Shown: positions 8,806-16,929 of the stretch, piece after piece | Position numbering within the stretch: position 1 is the first letter of the stretch | Layout of the letters: every line of letters starts with the position of its first letter | NCBI GenBank assembly: GCA_964636295.1 | Contig: CAZWQY010000006.1 | Span: 10,486-74,485, forward strand | DNA from: an uncultured Lentisphaeraceae bacterium | GTDB lineage: Bacteria > Verrucomicrobiota > Kiritimatiellia > RFP12 > UBA1067 | DNA length: 64,000 bases | Direction of reading: 5' to 3' | Position numbers and translations under genes: made by a program | Notes under the pieces: generated by a model | Told to the model about the DNA's origin: nothing | The model's input: only the letters and a program-made list of their open reading frames with translations | Databases searched by the model: none

Positions 8806-8814
8806 ATTATAGCA
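8806..8814 (-). promoter_or_regulatory. Extended -10 box TGCTATAAT, 6 nt before the ftsA ATG (leaderless)
   Basis: The minus strand reads TGCTATAAT-AGGCGC-ATG(8799). Confidence 0.65.
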
Positions 8815-8832
8815 AATCCGCCCGTCGGATTT

Positions 8833-8841
8833 TGATATAAT
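8833..8841 (+). promoter_or_regulatory. Extended -10 box TGATATAAT upstream of lysA (27-nt leader)
   Basis: Member of the recurrent TGnTATAAT intergenic motif. Confidence 0.6.
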
Positions 8842-8868
8842 GTCCCGTCAAACAGGTAAAACGACGAC

Positions 8869-10119
8869 ATGAGAACACTCCCGTTTGACAAGGCGAAGCT
8901 CGAAGAGATCGCGTCCCGCTGGCCGACGCCGTTCCACATCTACGACGCGAAGGCGATTCGCGCGAACGCGAAGCGGCTGAAGAAGGCGTTTGCATGGAAC
9001 AAGGGCTTCCGCGAGTACTTTGCGGTCAAGGCCGCGCCGAATCCGCATCTCATGAAGCTCCTGAAGGAGTTCGGCTTCGGCAGCGACTGCTCGTCGATGG
9101 CCGAGCTTGTCCTCGCGGAGAAGGTCGGGAACGTCGGCGAGGCGATCATGTTCACATCGAACGACACGCCGGCGGAGGAGTTCCGCAAGGCGTGGGAACT
9201 GGGCGCGATCATCAACTTCGACGACATCACGCACTGGGCGTACTTCCAGAAGGAAGTCGGCGAATGTTCGGGCGATCGGGTCTTCTGCTGCCGCTACAAT
9301 CCCGGTCCGCTCAAGGGCGGCAACGCGATCATCGGCAAGCCGGAGGAAGCGAAGTACGGCATGACGCGCGAGCAGCTTTTCGCCTGCTATGCGCAGATGA
9401 AGGCGGCGGGCGTGACGCGCTTCGGCCTGCACACGATGGTCGCCTCGAACGAGCTGGATCCGGCCTACATCGTCGACACGGCGCGGTTGCTCTTCGACCT
9501 CGTGGCCGACCTCACGCAGCAGCTCGGCATCACCTTCGAGTTCGTCAACATCGGCGGCGGCATCGGCATCCCCTACCGTCCCGACCAGAAGGCGATGGAC
9601 CTCGAGGTCGTGAGCGACGGCATCCGGGCGGCCTACCGGGAGGTTGTCGAGGGGCGCGGCCTCAAGCCGCTCGCGCTTTACATGGAGTGCGGCCGCTGCA
9701 TCACGGGGCCTTACGGCTACCTCGTCTCGCGCGTCCGCCACATCAAGAACACCTACCGCATGTACGCGGGCCTGGACGCCTGCATGTCGAACCTCATGCG
9801 TCCGGCGCTCTACGGCGCGTACCACGAGATCGTCGTGCCCGGCAAGGAGGGTTCGGGCGACACGACGGTCTACGACGTGACGGGTTCGCTCTGCGAGAAC
9901 AACGACAAGTTCGCGATTCAGCGCGTCCTGCCCGTCCTCGCGCCCGGCGACCTCGTCGTCATCTGCGACGCGGGCGCGCATGGGCACGCGATGGGCTTCC
10001 AGTACAACGGCAAGCTGCGTTCGGCGGAACTGCTGCTGGAGGAGGACGGCTCGGTGCGCGAGATTCGCCGCGCCGAGACGCTGGACGACTACTTTGCGAC
10101 ATTGGACTTCGAGGCATGA
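8869..10119 (+). CDS. lysA: Diaminopimelate decarboxylase (fold-III PLP decarboxylase)
   Basis: PTPFHIYD...YFAVKAAPNP...GFGSDCSSMAEL...CDAGAHGHAMGFQYNG is typical of the Orn/DAP/Arg decarboxylase family in its LysA-like form. Confidence 0.7.
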   Translation: MRTLPFDKAKLEEIASRWPTPFHIYDAKAIRANAKRLKKAFAWNKGFREYFAVKAAPNPHLMKLLKEFGFGSDCSSMAELVLAEKVGNVGEAIMFTSNDTPAEEFRKAWELGAIINFDDITHWAYFQKEVGECSGDRVFCCRYNPGPLKGGNAIIGKPEEAKYGMTREQLFACYAQMKAAGVTRFGLHTMVASNELDPAYIVDTARLLFDLVADLTQQLGITFEFVNIGGGIGIPYRPDQKAMDLEVVSDGIRAAYREVVEGRGLKPLALYMECGRCITGPYGYLVSRVRHIKNTYRMYAGLDACMSNLMRPALYGAYHEIVVPGKEGSGDTTVYDVTGSLCENNDKFAIQRVLPVLAPGDLVVICDAGAHGHAMGFQYNGKLRSAELLLEEDGSVREIRRAETLDDYFATLDFEA

Positions 10120-12419
10120 ACGCGGAGCTTTTGTCCCCGGCGGGGGATTTCGAGACGGCGCTCGCGGCGTTTGACGCGGGCGCGGACGCCGTCTACTGCG
10201 GGCTGTCCGACTTTTCCGCGCGCGCGTTCGCGAAGAACCTCTCCGACGGGGATCTCGCGAACCTGGTTGCCTGCGCGCGGGCGAAGGGGCGGCGCGTCTA
10301 TGTCACGTTCAACACGCTGCTCGACGAAGACCAGCTGGAGGGCGCGGTCGAGGTGTTGGCGCGACTGGCGGAGATTGGGCCGGACGGCCTGATCGTGCAG
10401 GATCTCGGCGTCGCGAAGCTCGTGCGCGAGCATTTCCCGGAGCTGGAGCTTCATGCCTCGACGCAGCTGGTCGCCCACAACCTTGAAGGCGTTCTCGCGC
10501 TGAAGGAACGCGGCTTTCGCCGCGTCGTCCTCGCGCGCGAACTTTCCCTCGCGGAGGTGACGACGATCGCCGCCCGCTGCGGCGCGCGCAAGATCGCGGC
10601 GGACGGGCGTCCGGAACTGGAGCTTGAGGTGTTCGTCCACGGCGCGCTCTGCTATTCGCTGTCGGGCCTTTGCCTCTATGGTGCGCTTGAGAAGGGGCGC
10701 AGCGGGAATCGCGGCAAATGTCCGTACTGCTGTCGGCAGGGCATCTCGCGCGCGGACGGCCCGGCTTCGGCGGACGACGCGGAGGGGGTTGCCTATCCGT
10801 TTTCGATGAAGGATCTGCGGCTGGGGGCGGATGCGCGCAAGCTCGTCGAGGCAGGCGTCACCTCGCTCAAGATCGAGGGCCGCATGAAGTCGTCCCTCTA
10901 CGTCGCGTCCGTGACGCGCCACTACCGCGACATTCTGGACGGCGCGCGCGCGCGCGTTTCGCCCGCCGACCTGGAGACGGTCTTTTCGCGCCGCACGACG
11001 GAACTCTACTTCAACGGACGCGGCGCGTCGCCGATTGACGCGGCGTCGCTCGGCCATCTCGGCACGTCCATCGGGACGGTCAAGCGCGTGACGCGCGACC
11101 GCGACGGGCGCGCCTGGCTGCGCTTCCACACGGCGCGCGGACTCGAAAAGCACGACGGCCTCCAGTTCGACGCCGTGGATGCGGACGGCCGCCACTTCGG
11201 CCTTGGCATCGTCGAGATGCGCCAGGCGATTTCGCGCCGTCCCGTCTTCGAGGTGAACGCGGGCGTGGACGTCGAGATCCTGCTGCCGGAGGACGGACAA
11301 GACGGGCCGTCGGAACTGGTGTCGGCGCTGAAGCCGGGCATGACGGTCTACTGCTCGATGTCGAACGCCGTCAAGCGGCTTTTCCCGACGCCGTCGTTCC
11401 GTCCGAGCGACTACGCGGGCGGTTGCGCGGTGGACGTCACGGTGACGCTGGCGAAAGACGGGCTGACGGCATCGGGCGTTGTCGTCGGCAAGGGACATCG
11501 GGATGCGGCGGGCGCGGCCGTTGGCGGGCGCGTGTTCCTGCCGCTGTCGCTGGACGCGGCGCGCGCGCCGGAGAAGACGGCGGCGGCCGTCGAGAAGGCG
11601 TTTGCGAAGCTGGGCGGTACGGGCTATCGGCTGGGGCATTTGACGGTCGAGGATCCGGAAGGGCTTTTTGCGCCGCCGGCGGCGCTCAACGACGCGCGGC
11701 GGGATCTCGTCGAGAAGCTAGACGCGGCGCGCGACCGCGCGCGGCAGGAACGGATCGCGCGGGCGACGGCGGCGTTCGAGGTAATCGAGGGTCCGGGTGC
11801 GTCGGCGGCCGTCGCGCGCGTGAAGGTGCGTCCCGGACAGAAGCTTCCGACGGGCGATTGGGACGAAGTCATCGTCGCGATCAATGCGGATACGGCGGAC
11901 GAGCTGCCGCCCGAATGCCCAAACGCCCCGACCATTCGCCTGGCGCTTCCGGTCTACACGGCCGAGCCGTCGTTCAATCGGCTGCGCAGTGCGGTGAAGC
12001 GTCTTCTGCGCGGGGGCTATGCGAAATGGGAATGCGCCGACCTTGCGACGCTGCGGATGCTGCGCGCGCTTGGCGTGACGGACATCACGGCGGACTGGAC
12101 GCTGGCCGCGTTCAATGCGTTGGCCTTGTCGGAACTCGCCGCCGGCGGCGTGACGCGGTTCGTCGCGAGTCCGGAGAACGGACGCGAGAACCTTCAGTAC
12201 CTCGCCGAGTCGGGCTTTGCCGTCGAGTTCCTGACGCAGCAGTCGACGCCGCTTTTCCTCTCGCTCACCGAACCGGCGCCGTATTCGTCCGAGAGCGTCT
12301 GCACGTTCCGCAAGGACGGCCTGTGGGTGACGACGAAGCGCGTGCCGCGCACGTTTGACGTGCCGACGGGCGTTGCGACGCGCCTCGACCTCTCGTGGGA
12401 GCCGGACTGTGTTGACTGA
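10116..12419 (+). CDS. Peptidase U32 family protein, long form (767 aa)
   Basis: MNAELLSPAGDFETALAAFDAGADAVYCGL...ELHASTQ...VHGALCYSLSGLC...GNRGKCPYCCR are U32 motifs. ATG 10116 overlaps the lysA stop (ATGA). The upstream part of the 8994 ORF is out-of-frame overlap with lysA. Confidence 0.85.
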   Translation: MNAELLSPAGDFETALAAFDAGADAVYCGLSDFSARAFAKNLSDGDLANLVACARAKGRRVYVTFNTLLDEDQLEGAVEVLARLAEIGPDGLIVQDLGVAKLVREHFPELELHASTQLVAHNLEGVLALKERGFRRVVLARELSLAEVTTIAARCGARKIAADGRPELELEVFVHGALCYSLSGLCLYGALEKGRSGNRGKCPYCCRQGISRADGPASADDAEGVAYPFSMKDLRLGADARKLVEAGVTSLKIEGRMKSSLYVASVTRHYRDILDGARARVSPADLETVFSRRTTELYFNGRGASPIDAASLGHLGTSIGTVKRVTRDRDGRAWLRFHTARGLEKHDGLQFDAVDADGRHFGLGIVEMRQAISRRPVFEVNAGVDVEILLPEDGQDGPSELVSALKPGMTVYCSMSNAVKRLFPTPSFRPSDYAGGCAVDVTVTLAKDGLTASGVVVGKGHRDAAGAAVGGRVFLPLSLDAARAPEKTAAAVEKAFAKLGGTGYRLGHLTVEDPEGLFAPPAALNDARRDLVEKLDAARDRARQERIARATAAFEVIEGPGASAAVARVKVRPGQKLPTGDWDEVIVAINADTADELPPECPNAPTIRLALPVYTAEPSFNRLRSAVKRLLRGGYAKWECADLATLRMLRALGVTDITADWTLAAFNALALSELAAGGVTRFVASPENGRENLQYLAESGFAVEFLTQQSTPLFLSLTEPAPYSSESVCTFRKDGLWVTTKRVPRTFDVPTGVATRLDLSWEPDCVD

Positions 12420-14079
12420 CACCCTGAAGCGGCTCGCGAAGTTCGCCTGGTTTCTTCCGGGCTTTCTTCTGTGGGCGGCGTTTCCGCCGATGGGCGAGGG
12501 GGCGGACTGCCTGTTCGCGCTTGCGCCCCTCCTCTGGCTCGCGCGGCGCGAGCAGCCGAGGCTGGCGGCGAAGCGGTGGTTCCAGAACGGTCTGTTCTTC
12601 TGGGTGGCGACGCTGGCGTGGATGCCCGCGATCGTCAAGAACGGCGGCCCGTGGCCGCTTGTCGTCCTCGGCTGGTTCGCCCTCGCGGCCTACTGCGCCG
12701 GGTATTTCGCGCTCTTCGGGTGGCTTGTGGCGCGCTACTGGCGCTGGGCGCGCGGCGTTCATGCCGCCGCGCCGGGGGATGGCGGACTCCTCCTGCGACT
12801 GCTGGGCGTTCTCGTCGTCGAACCGGTGCTCTGGTGCGGACTCGAACTTGTGCGGTCGCGGTTTCTGGGCGGATTCGCGTGGAATCAGCTTGGCGTCGTG
12901 CCGGCGAACTTCGGCTTCGGCGCGCCGGCGGCGTTGGGCGGAGTCTATCTGCTCTCGGCCGTCGTCCTGCTCGTGAACGGCACGGTTGCCGGCATTGCCG
13001 AGCGGATGTGGAAGCCGGCGCAGAGCGGCTTTGCGGGACTGAAGAAACTGGGCACGTTAGAGACGGTTACGGCGTTCGCGCTCATCTGGGCCGTCTATTC
13101 GTTCGCCCCAAACTTCCAGACGCCCCAACATCCAAGCCCTCAAACCACCAAACTCCCAAACGACCAGCCCTTTCTCAAAGTCTCCCTCGTCCAGCGGAAC
13201 TTTCCGTGCGTCTTCAAGGCGCAGGAGGACGATCCGTATGCGGTCTACTCGAACCTGCTGCAGAACGTCGCGCTGTTGAAGCCTGATTTGGTCGTCTTGT
13301 CCGAAAGCGCGCTGTGCGAGTTCGGGCCTGTTGATCAGCAGGGGGCGTTGCGCTTTGTCGCGTTCGTGCGCGCGCAGACGGGGGCCTCGCTGCTTGCGGG
13401 CGGGACGCGCTACGCCGAGGGCAAGACCTACAATTCTGTTGCGCTGTACGGCCAAACGCCCCAACTCCCCAACCCCCAAACCCCCAAACTTCTCAACCTC
13501 CAAACCTACGACAAAGTCCATCTCGTTCCGTTTGGCGAGTTCATACCGGGGGACAAGTGGTTTCCGGCGTTGCAGAAGCTTGCGCCCGTCGGCTCGTGCA
13601 CGCCGGGCGAGCCGCGTCTCCTCGACGTGACGCTGGCATCGGGTGAGGTCGTTCCCCTTGGCGTGGCGATCTGCTTTGAGGATACGGACGCGGCCTTGGT
13701 GCGGACGTTCGCGAAGATGGGCGCGAAGGCCCTTGTCTTCGTGACGAACGACAGCTGGTTCTCGCAGTCGGACGAGCCGTTGGCGCACGCCTGGCAGGCG
13801 ACGGCGCGGGCTGTTGAGACGGGGCTTCCCGTCGTGCGCGTCGGCAATTCGGGCGTGACCGGGACGATTGCGCCGCGCGGACGGGCGGCGTGGCTGCTGG
13901 GCGAGGCGGGGCGGCCGCTCGTCGATCGTCCGGGCACGATGTTTGACCGCATTCCGATTGGGGAGGGCGTCGCCTTGACGCCCTACGTGCGGCTGGGGGA
14001 CGCGCCGCTGGGCCTCGCGTTTGTCCTTCTTGTCGGCGGCATGGCCGGCGTGGCTCTTTGGGGTCGGCGGCGGATTTGA
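12409..14079 (+). CDS. lnt: Apolipoprotein N-acyltransferase
   Basis: Polytopic N-domain followed by a nitrilase-like domain with VHLVPFGEFIP and GVAICFEDTD (catalytic Cys context). The start is taken as in-frame GTG 12409 (or TTG 12412), overlapping the U32 gene end. The ORF-track start at 12355 lies deep inside the U32 gene. Confidence 0.85.
   Translation: MLTDTLKRLAKFAWFLPGFLLWAAFPPMGEGADCLFALAPLLWLARREQPRLAAKRWFQNGLFFWVATLAWMPAIVKNGGPWPLVVLGWFALAAYCAGYFALFGWLVARYWRWARGVHAAAPGDGGLLLRLLGVLVVEPVLWCGLELVRSRFLGGFAWNQLGVVPANFGFGAPAALGGVYLLSAVVLLVNGTVAGIAERMWKPAQSGFAGLKKLGTLETVTAFALIWAVYSFAPNFQTPQHPSPQTTKLPNDQPFLKVSLVQRNFPCVFKAQEDDPYAVYSNLLQNVALLKPDLVVLSESALCEFGPVDQQGALRFVAFVRAQTGASLLAGGTRYAEGKTYNSVALYGQTPQLPNPQTPKLLNLQTYDKVHLVPFGEFIPGDKWFPALQKLAPVGSCTPGEPRLLDVTLASGEVVPLGVAICFEDTDAALVRTFAKMGAKALVFVTNDSWFSQSDEPLAHAWQATARAVETGLPVVRVGNSGVTGTIAPRGRAAWLLGEAGRPLVDRPGTMFDRIPIGEGVALTPYVRLGDAPLGLAFVLLVGGMAGVALWGRRRI
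13117..13167 (+). repeat. 51-nt C/A-rich in-frame element, copy 1, inside lnt
   Basis: cagacgccccaacatccaagccctcaaaccaccaaactcccaaacgaccag, translating to QTPQHPSPQTTKLPNDQ. Confidence 0.8.
13453..13503 (+). repeat. 51-nt C/A-rich in-frame element, copy 2, inside lnt
   Basis: caaacgccccaactccccaacccccaaacccccaaacttctcaacctccaa, translating to QTPQLPNPQTPKLLNLQ. It matches copy 1 at 38 of 51 positions by hand alignment. Confidence 0.8.
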
Positions 14080-14085
14080 TATAAT
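14077..14085 (+). promoter_or_regulatory. Extended -10 box TGATATAAT, 8 nt before the holA GTG; its TGA is the lnt stop codon
   Basis: TGATATAAT-CTCGTCCT-GTG(14094). Confidence 0.6.
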
Positions 14086-14093
14086 CTCGTCCT

Positions 14094-15077
14094 GTGAACA
14101 ATATCCACGTCATTATCGGAGAGGATGATTATCTCGTCGGCGAGGCCGCGAAGAAAGCGGTCGGTGAGGGCGTTGGACTGGAGGTCATTGACTCCGCAAA
14201 TGCGACGAATGCCGAACTGCAGCTTGCCGATTTGGCGCGGGCGGAGGAGAGCGTCGCGACGCCGCCTTTCCTCGACCCGAAGAAGGTGACGTGGTGGAAG
14301 AACGTCGGCTTTCTGCCGGGCGGCAAGGCGTCCGAGGACGTGAAGACGGCGTTGGAGCGCTTTGCGAAGAGGCTGGCGGCCGCGCCGTTGCCGGAAAATC
14401 AGGTGTTCGTTCTGTCGGGCCCGCGCCTTCTCAAGACGTCCGTTTTCGCGAAGACGCTCCAGACGTGTGCGGAGGTCGTTGTCTTCGCCGCCGAGAAGCC
14501 CTGGGAGGCGGCGCGCAACGCCGTCGCGCGTGCGTCTGACTTTGCGCAGGAACTGGGGCTCGCCTTCGCGCCAGGCGTGGCGGAGCGGTTCGTCGCCGTC
14601 GTCGGGCCAGATGCGCGGTCGCTCCGAAGCGAACTTGAGAAGATGCGCGACTATCTGGGCGCGGGCGTGTCGTCCGTGACGGCGGCGGACGTGGAGGCGA
14701 TTGCCTCGCCGGGGGTTGGCGTCGAGCCGTTGCCGTGGGATGTCACGGACGCGATTGGGCGGCGGGATCTTGGCGCCGCGCTTGCGGCGTTGCGTCCGTT
14801 CGAGCTTGAGAATGGCTTTGCCGTCTTCATGACGGGCGTCATCGAGCGGTTCTTCCGTCAGCTCCTCGACGTCGCGGCGGGGCGGACGGACGGCATGGCG
14901 CCGTTCACGGTGAAGAAGAACGAGGGCTTTTTGCGGAACTGGTCCGTGAACGAGCTGCGCGTGGCGCGCGCGCGGTTCGTTCTCCTGCGCGAGAAGGTCG
15001 TTTCGGGCGTCGCGAGCGGCGATTTGCTCGTCGTTCCGACGCTTGCGCGCGTGATGCGCCGGAGGAATGCGCGATGA
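14094..15077 (+). CDS. holA: DNA polymerase III delta subunit-like
   Basis: Size and N-terminus (IHVIIGEDDYLVGEAAKK) are holA-like. It sits in the classic position downstream of lnt-type envelope genes. The start is GTG, 8 nt after a TGATATAAT box. Confidence 0.55.
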   Translation: MNNIHVIIGEDDYLVGEAAKKAVGEGVGLEVIDSANATNAELQLADLARAEESVATPPFLDPKKVTWWKNVGFLPGGKASEDVKTALERFAKRLAAAPLPENQVFVLSGPRLLKTSVFAKTLQTCAEVVVFAAEKPWEAARNAVARASDFAQELGLAFAPGVAERFVAVVGPDARSLRSELEKMRDYLGAGVSSVTAADVEAIASPGVGVEPLPWDVTDAIGRRDLGAALAALRPFELENGFAVFMTGVIERFFRQLLDVAAGRTDGMAPFTVKKNEGFLRNWSVNELRVARARFVLLREKVVSGVASGDLLVVPTLARVMRRRNAR

Positions 15078-15790
15078 GCCGAGAAGTCCTGAATCTCGTC
15101 CGTGCCGCCGAGCACGTCCATCTGGAGCCGAACGAGCTCAAGCACGTCGCCCAGCGCGGCGAGATCGAGGCGACGAAGCGCGGGGACGACTGGTTCTTCG
15201 AGCATCGCGCGCTGGACGAGTGGGCGCAGCGCAATCTCCTGGCGGCGAGCGAACGCGACCTTGCCGCGCTGCATCGGGCGATGATGGACGAGAACCGGCG
15301 CGCCGCGCACGCGGACTGGGGCGTGGCCGACCTCTTCCATGTCGAGACGATCGACCTGGCCGTGGGCGCGAAGGCGAAGGGCGGGCTGTTGCGCGACATG
15401 ACGGATCTCGCGGAGAAGGGCGGGCTCGTCTACGATGCCGAGGGGCTGTTCAAGGAGCTGGTTGCTCGCGAGGAGGCGGCTTCGACGGCCATTGGCGAGG
15501 GCGTTGCGCTTTTGCATCCGCGCTTTCACGACCCGTATCTCTTCGAGGAGACGTTCGTCGCCTATGGCCGCACGACGCGCCCGGTCTTTTTCGGCGCGCC
15601 GGACGGCGAGGGGACGCGCCACTTCTTCCTCGTCTGCTCGACCGACCACGTGGCGCATCTCCACATCCTGGCGCGGTTGGCGATCCTTGCGCACGGCACG
15701 GATCTGATTGAGCGTCTGGATGCGGCGGAAGACGCCGAGGCCGTTCTCGCGGCCATCCGCGCGAGCGAGGCCCTGTATTGTACGGCTTAG
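15074..15790 (+). CDS. Excisionase-type HTH domain fused to a PTS EIIA type-2 (PtsN-like) domain
   Basis: The N-terminus LNLVRAAEHVHLEPNELKHVAQRGEIEATKRGDDWFF is excisionase/MerR-like. The C-domain carries AIGEGVALLHPR (phospho-His context) and HFFLVCSTD. The start overlaps the holA stop (ATGA). Confidence 0.7.
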   Translation: MSREVLNLVRAAEHVHLEPNELKHVAQRGEIEATKRGDDWFFEHRALDEWAQRNLLAASERDLAALHRAMMDENRRAAHADWGVADLFHVETIDLAVGAKAKGGLLRDMTDLAEKGGLVYDAEGLFKELVAREEAASTAIGEGVALLHPRFHDPYLFEETFVAYGRTTRPVFFGAPDGEGTRHFFLVCSTDHVAHLHILARLAILAHGTDLIERLDAAEDAEAVLAAIRASEALYCTA

Positions 15791-15887
15791 GCGGACTTGG
15801 CGGACAGGGCTTTCGGGTTGCGCGTGCGCGGAGCCGTCAGTTGGTGCGCATGGGAACTTCGCGGAATCCGCTTTGATCCCTTGTCAT

Positions 15888-15907
15888 AGGGACGCGGACG
15901 CGTCCCT
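15888..15907. other. Perfect GC-rich inverted repeat between convergent genes (terminator or REP-like hairpin)
   Basis: AGGGACGCG-GA-CGCGTCCCT, located 51 nt beyond the 3' end of the RAYT-like gene. Confidence 0.4.
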
Positions 15908-15957
15908 TGGCAAGGCCTGCGGATTCGACATGATGAATTCGTGTGATCGGGGAGTTG

Positions 15958-16890
15958 CTATGAAAGACCTGCTTGAGCGAGGTCGATCATTTCGTGGCAC
16001 CGCTGGTAGAGTTCCGCGCGCGTCGGCTGTCGGGGCGTCGCCGCGTAGAGGGAGAGAAAGAGCATGCGCCCCTGGGCGCAGAAGCGTTCCTTCTCGCGCG
16101 TCGGATGCCAGCGAGGGGCAAAGCCTTCGGGCGAGAGAACGATCAGCCCGCCGCCTATGTGGGCGATGGCGTTTCCGCAGGCCTTTTCGAGAGGACTCAT
16201 GAAAGTCGAGACGCCGGCTCCGCCTGGCCCGATGCGCGTGGCTTGGGCCAGGAGCGCGTTCCATTCGCATGAGCCTTCCCGCGTCGCGCGATGTCCTTTG
16301 AACGGCGTCAGGACGGGCAGGTCGAGAAGCGCGCGGTTGCCATAGGCGAACCAGCGTCGGCCGAGGAAGGTGACTTCGCTCACGCGCCCGAAATACTGCG
16401 CATGGGCGCGGCGTTCCCAGGCGCGCGCGGCGTTCTCGCGAATGTAGCGGCGAAAGGCGGCGAGTTGCCCCTCCTTTTTGACGATCCAGTCATGCCAGTC
16501 ACGTTCGAAGACGGGGCGAGGTGTCTTGAGGCTTTGGTCGCACGGGGTTTGGCCTGTCGCGGCGTCTGCCGCGACGACTTGCCAATAGGCCGTGCGCAGG
16601 GCCTTGGCGAGCTGGCTCACCAGAACCCCCAGCGCAACGCGATCGGGCGTTGCGCGAATCTTGAAGAGCAGATGGAGGTGGTCGGGCATGACGACAAAGG
16701 GCGAAATCGCCTCGCAGCAGCGCCATTTCGTAGGAAAGCCGCAGATAACTTTCGTGAAGGCGCGCGTCACCTCGTTTTCTATTAGCCCTTTCGGCCCGAT
16801 TTCGGAAAACGCCATCAGCCCCTTGAGACGCTTCAAGGTGACCATGTAGAAAAACGGCGACTTGTAGTCAAAGCCCGGCAATCGACCCAT
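15958..16890 (-). CDS. IS200/RAYT-like Y1 (HUH) transposase homologue with an extra C-terminal domain
   Basis: From MGRLPGFDYKSPFFYMVTLK the protein shows VVMPDHLHLL (HUH motif) and FERDWHDWIV...FRRYIRENAARAW (Tyr-helix region). Start ATG 16890 is preceded by AAGGAGCG and a TGCTATAAT box. The longer ORF-track N-extension runs through that promoter. Confidence 0.75.
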   Translation of the reverse strand: MGRLPGFDYKSPFFYMVTLKRLKGLMAFSEIGPKGLIENEVTRAFTKVICGFPTKWRCCEAISPFVVMPDHLHLLFKIRATPDRVALGVLVSQLAKALRTAYWQVVAADAATGQTPCDQSLKTPRPVFERDWHDWIVKKEGQLAAFRRYIRENAARAWERRAHAQYFGRVSEVTFLGRRWFAYGNRALLDLPVLTPFKGHRATREGSCEWNALLAQATRIGPGGAGVSTFMSPLEKACGNAIAHIGGGLIVLSPEGFAPRWHPTREKERFCAQGRMLFLSLYAATPRQPTRAELYQRCHEMIDLAQAGLS

Positions 16891-16920
16891 GAAATTCGCT
16901 CCTTCGGCGTAGGTGTGTGC

Positions 16921-16929
16921 ATTATAGCA
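16921..16929 (-). promoter_or_regulatory. Extended -10 box TGCTATAAT upstream of the RAYT-like gene
   Basis: Minus strand: TGCTATAAT, then a 30-nt leader containing AAGGAGCG, then ATG 16890. Confidence 0.55.

Noticed and set aside
8994-10115. N-terminal 374 codons of the 1141-aa ORF 8994-12419.
   Set aside because: This part is an out-of-frame overlap of lysA with a junk-like translation. The U32 signature begins exactly at ATG 10116, which overlaps the lysA stop.
13453-13490. CCCCAA repeats in lnt that resemble ciliate telomeric repeats.
   Set aside because: The resemblance is superficial. The tract is in frame inside a bacterial gene with no terminal context. It is retained only as a G-quadruplex-prone in-frame repeat.
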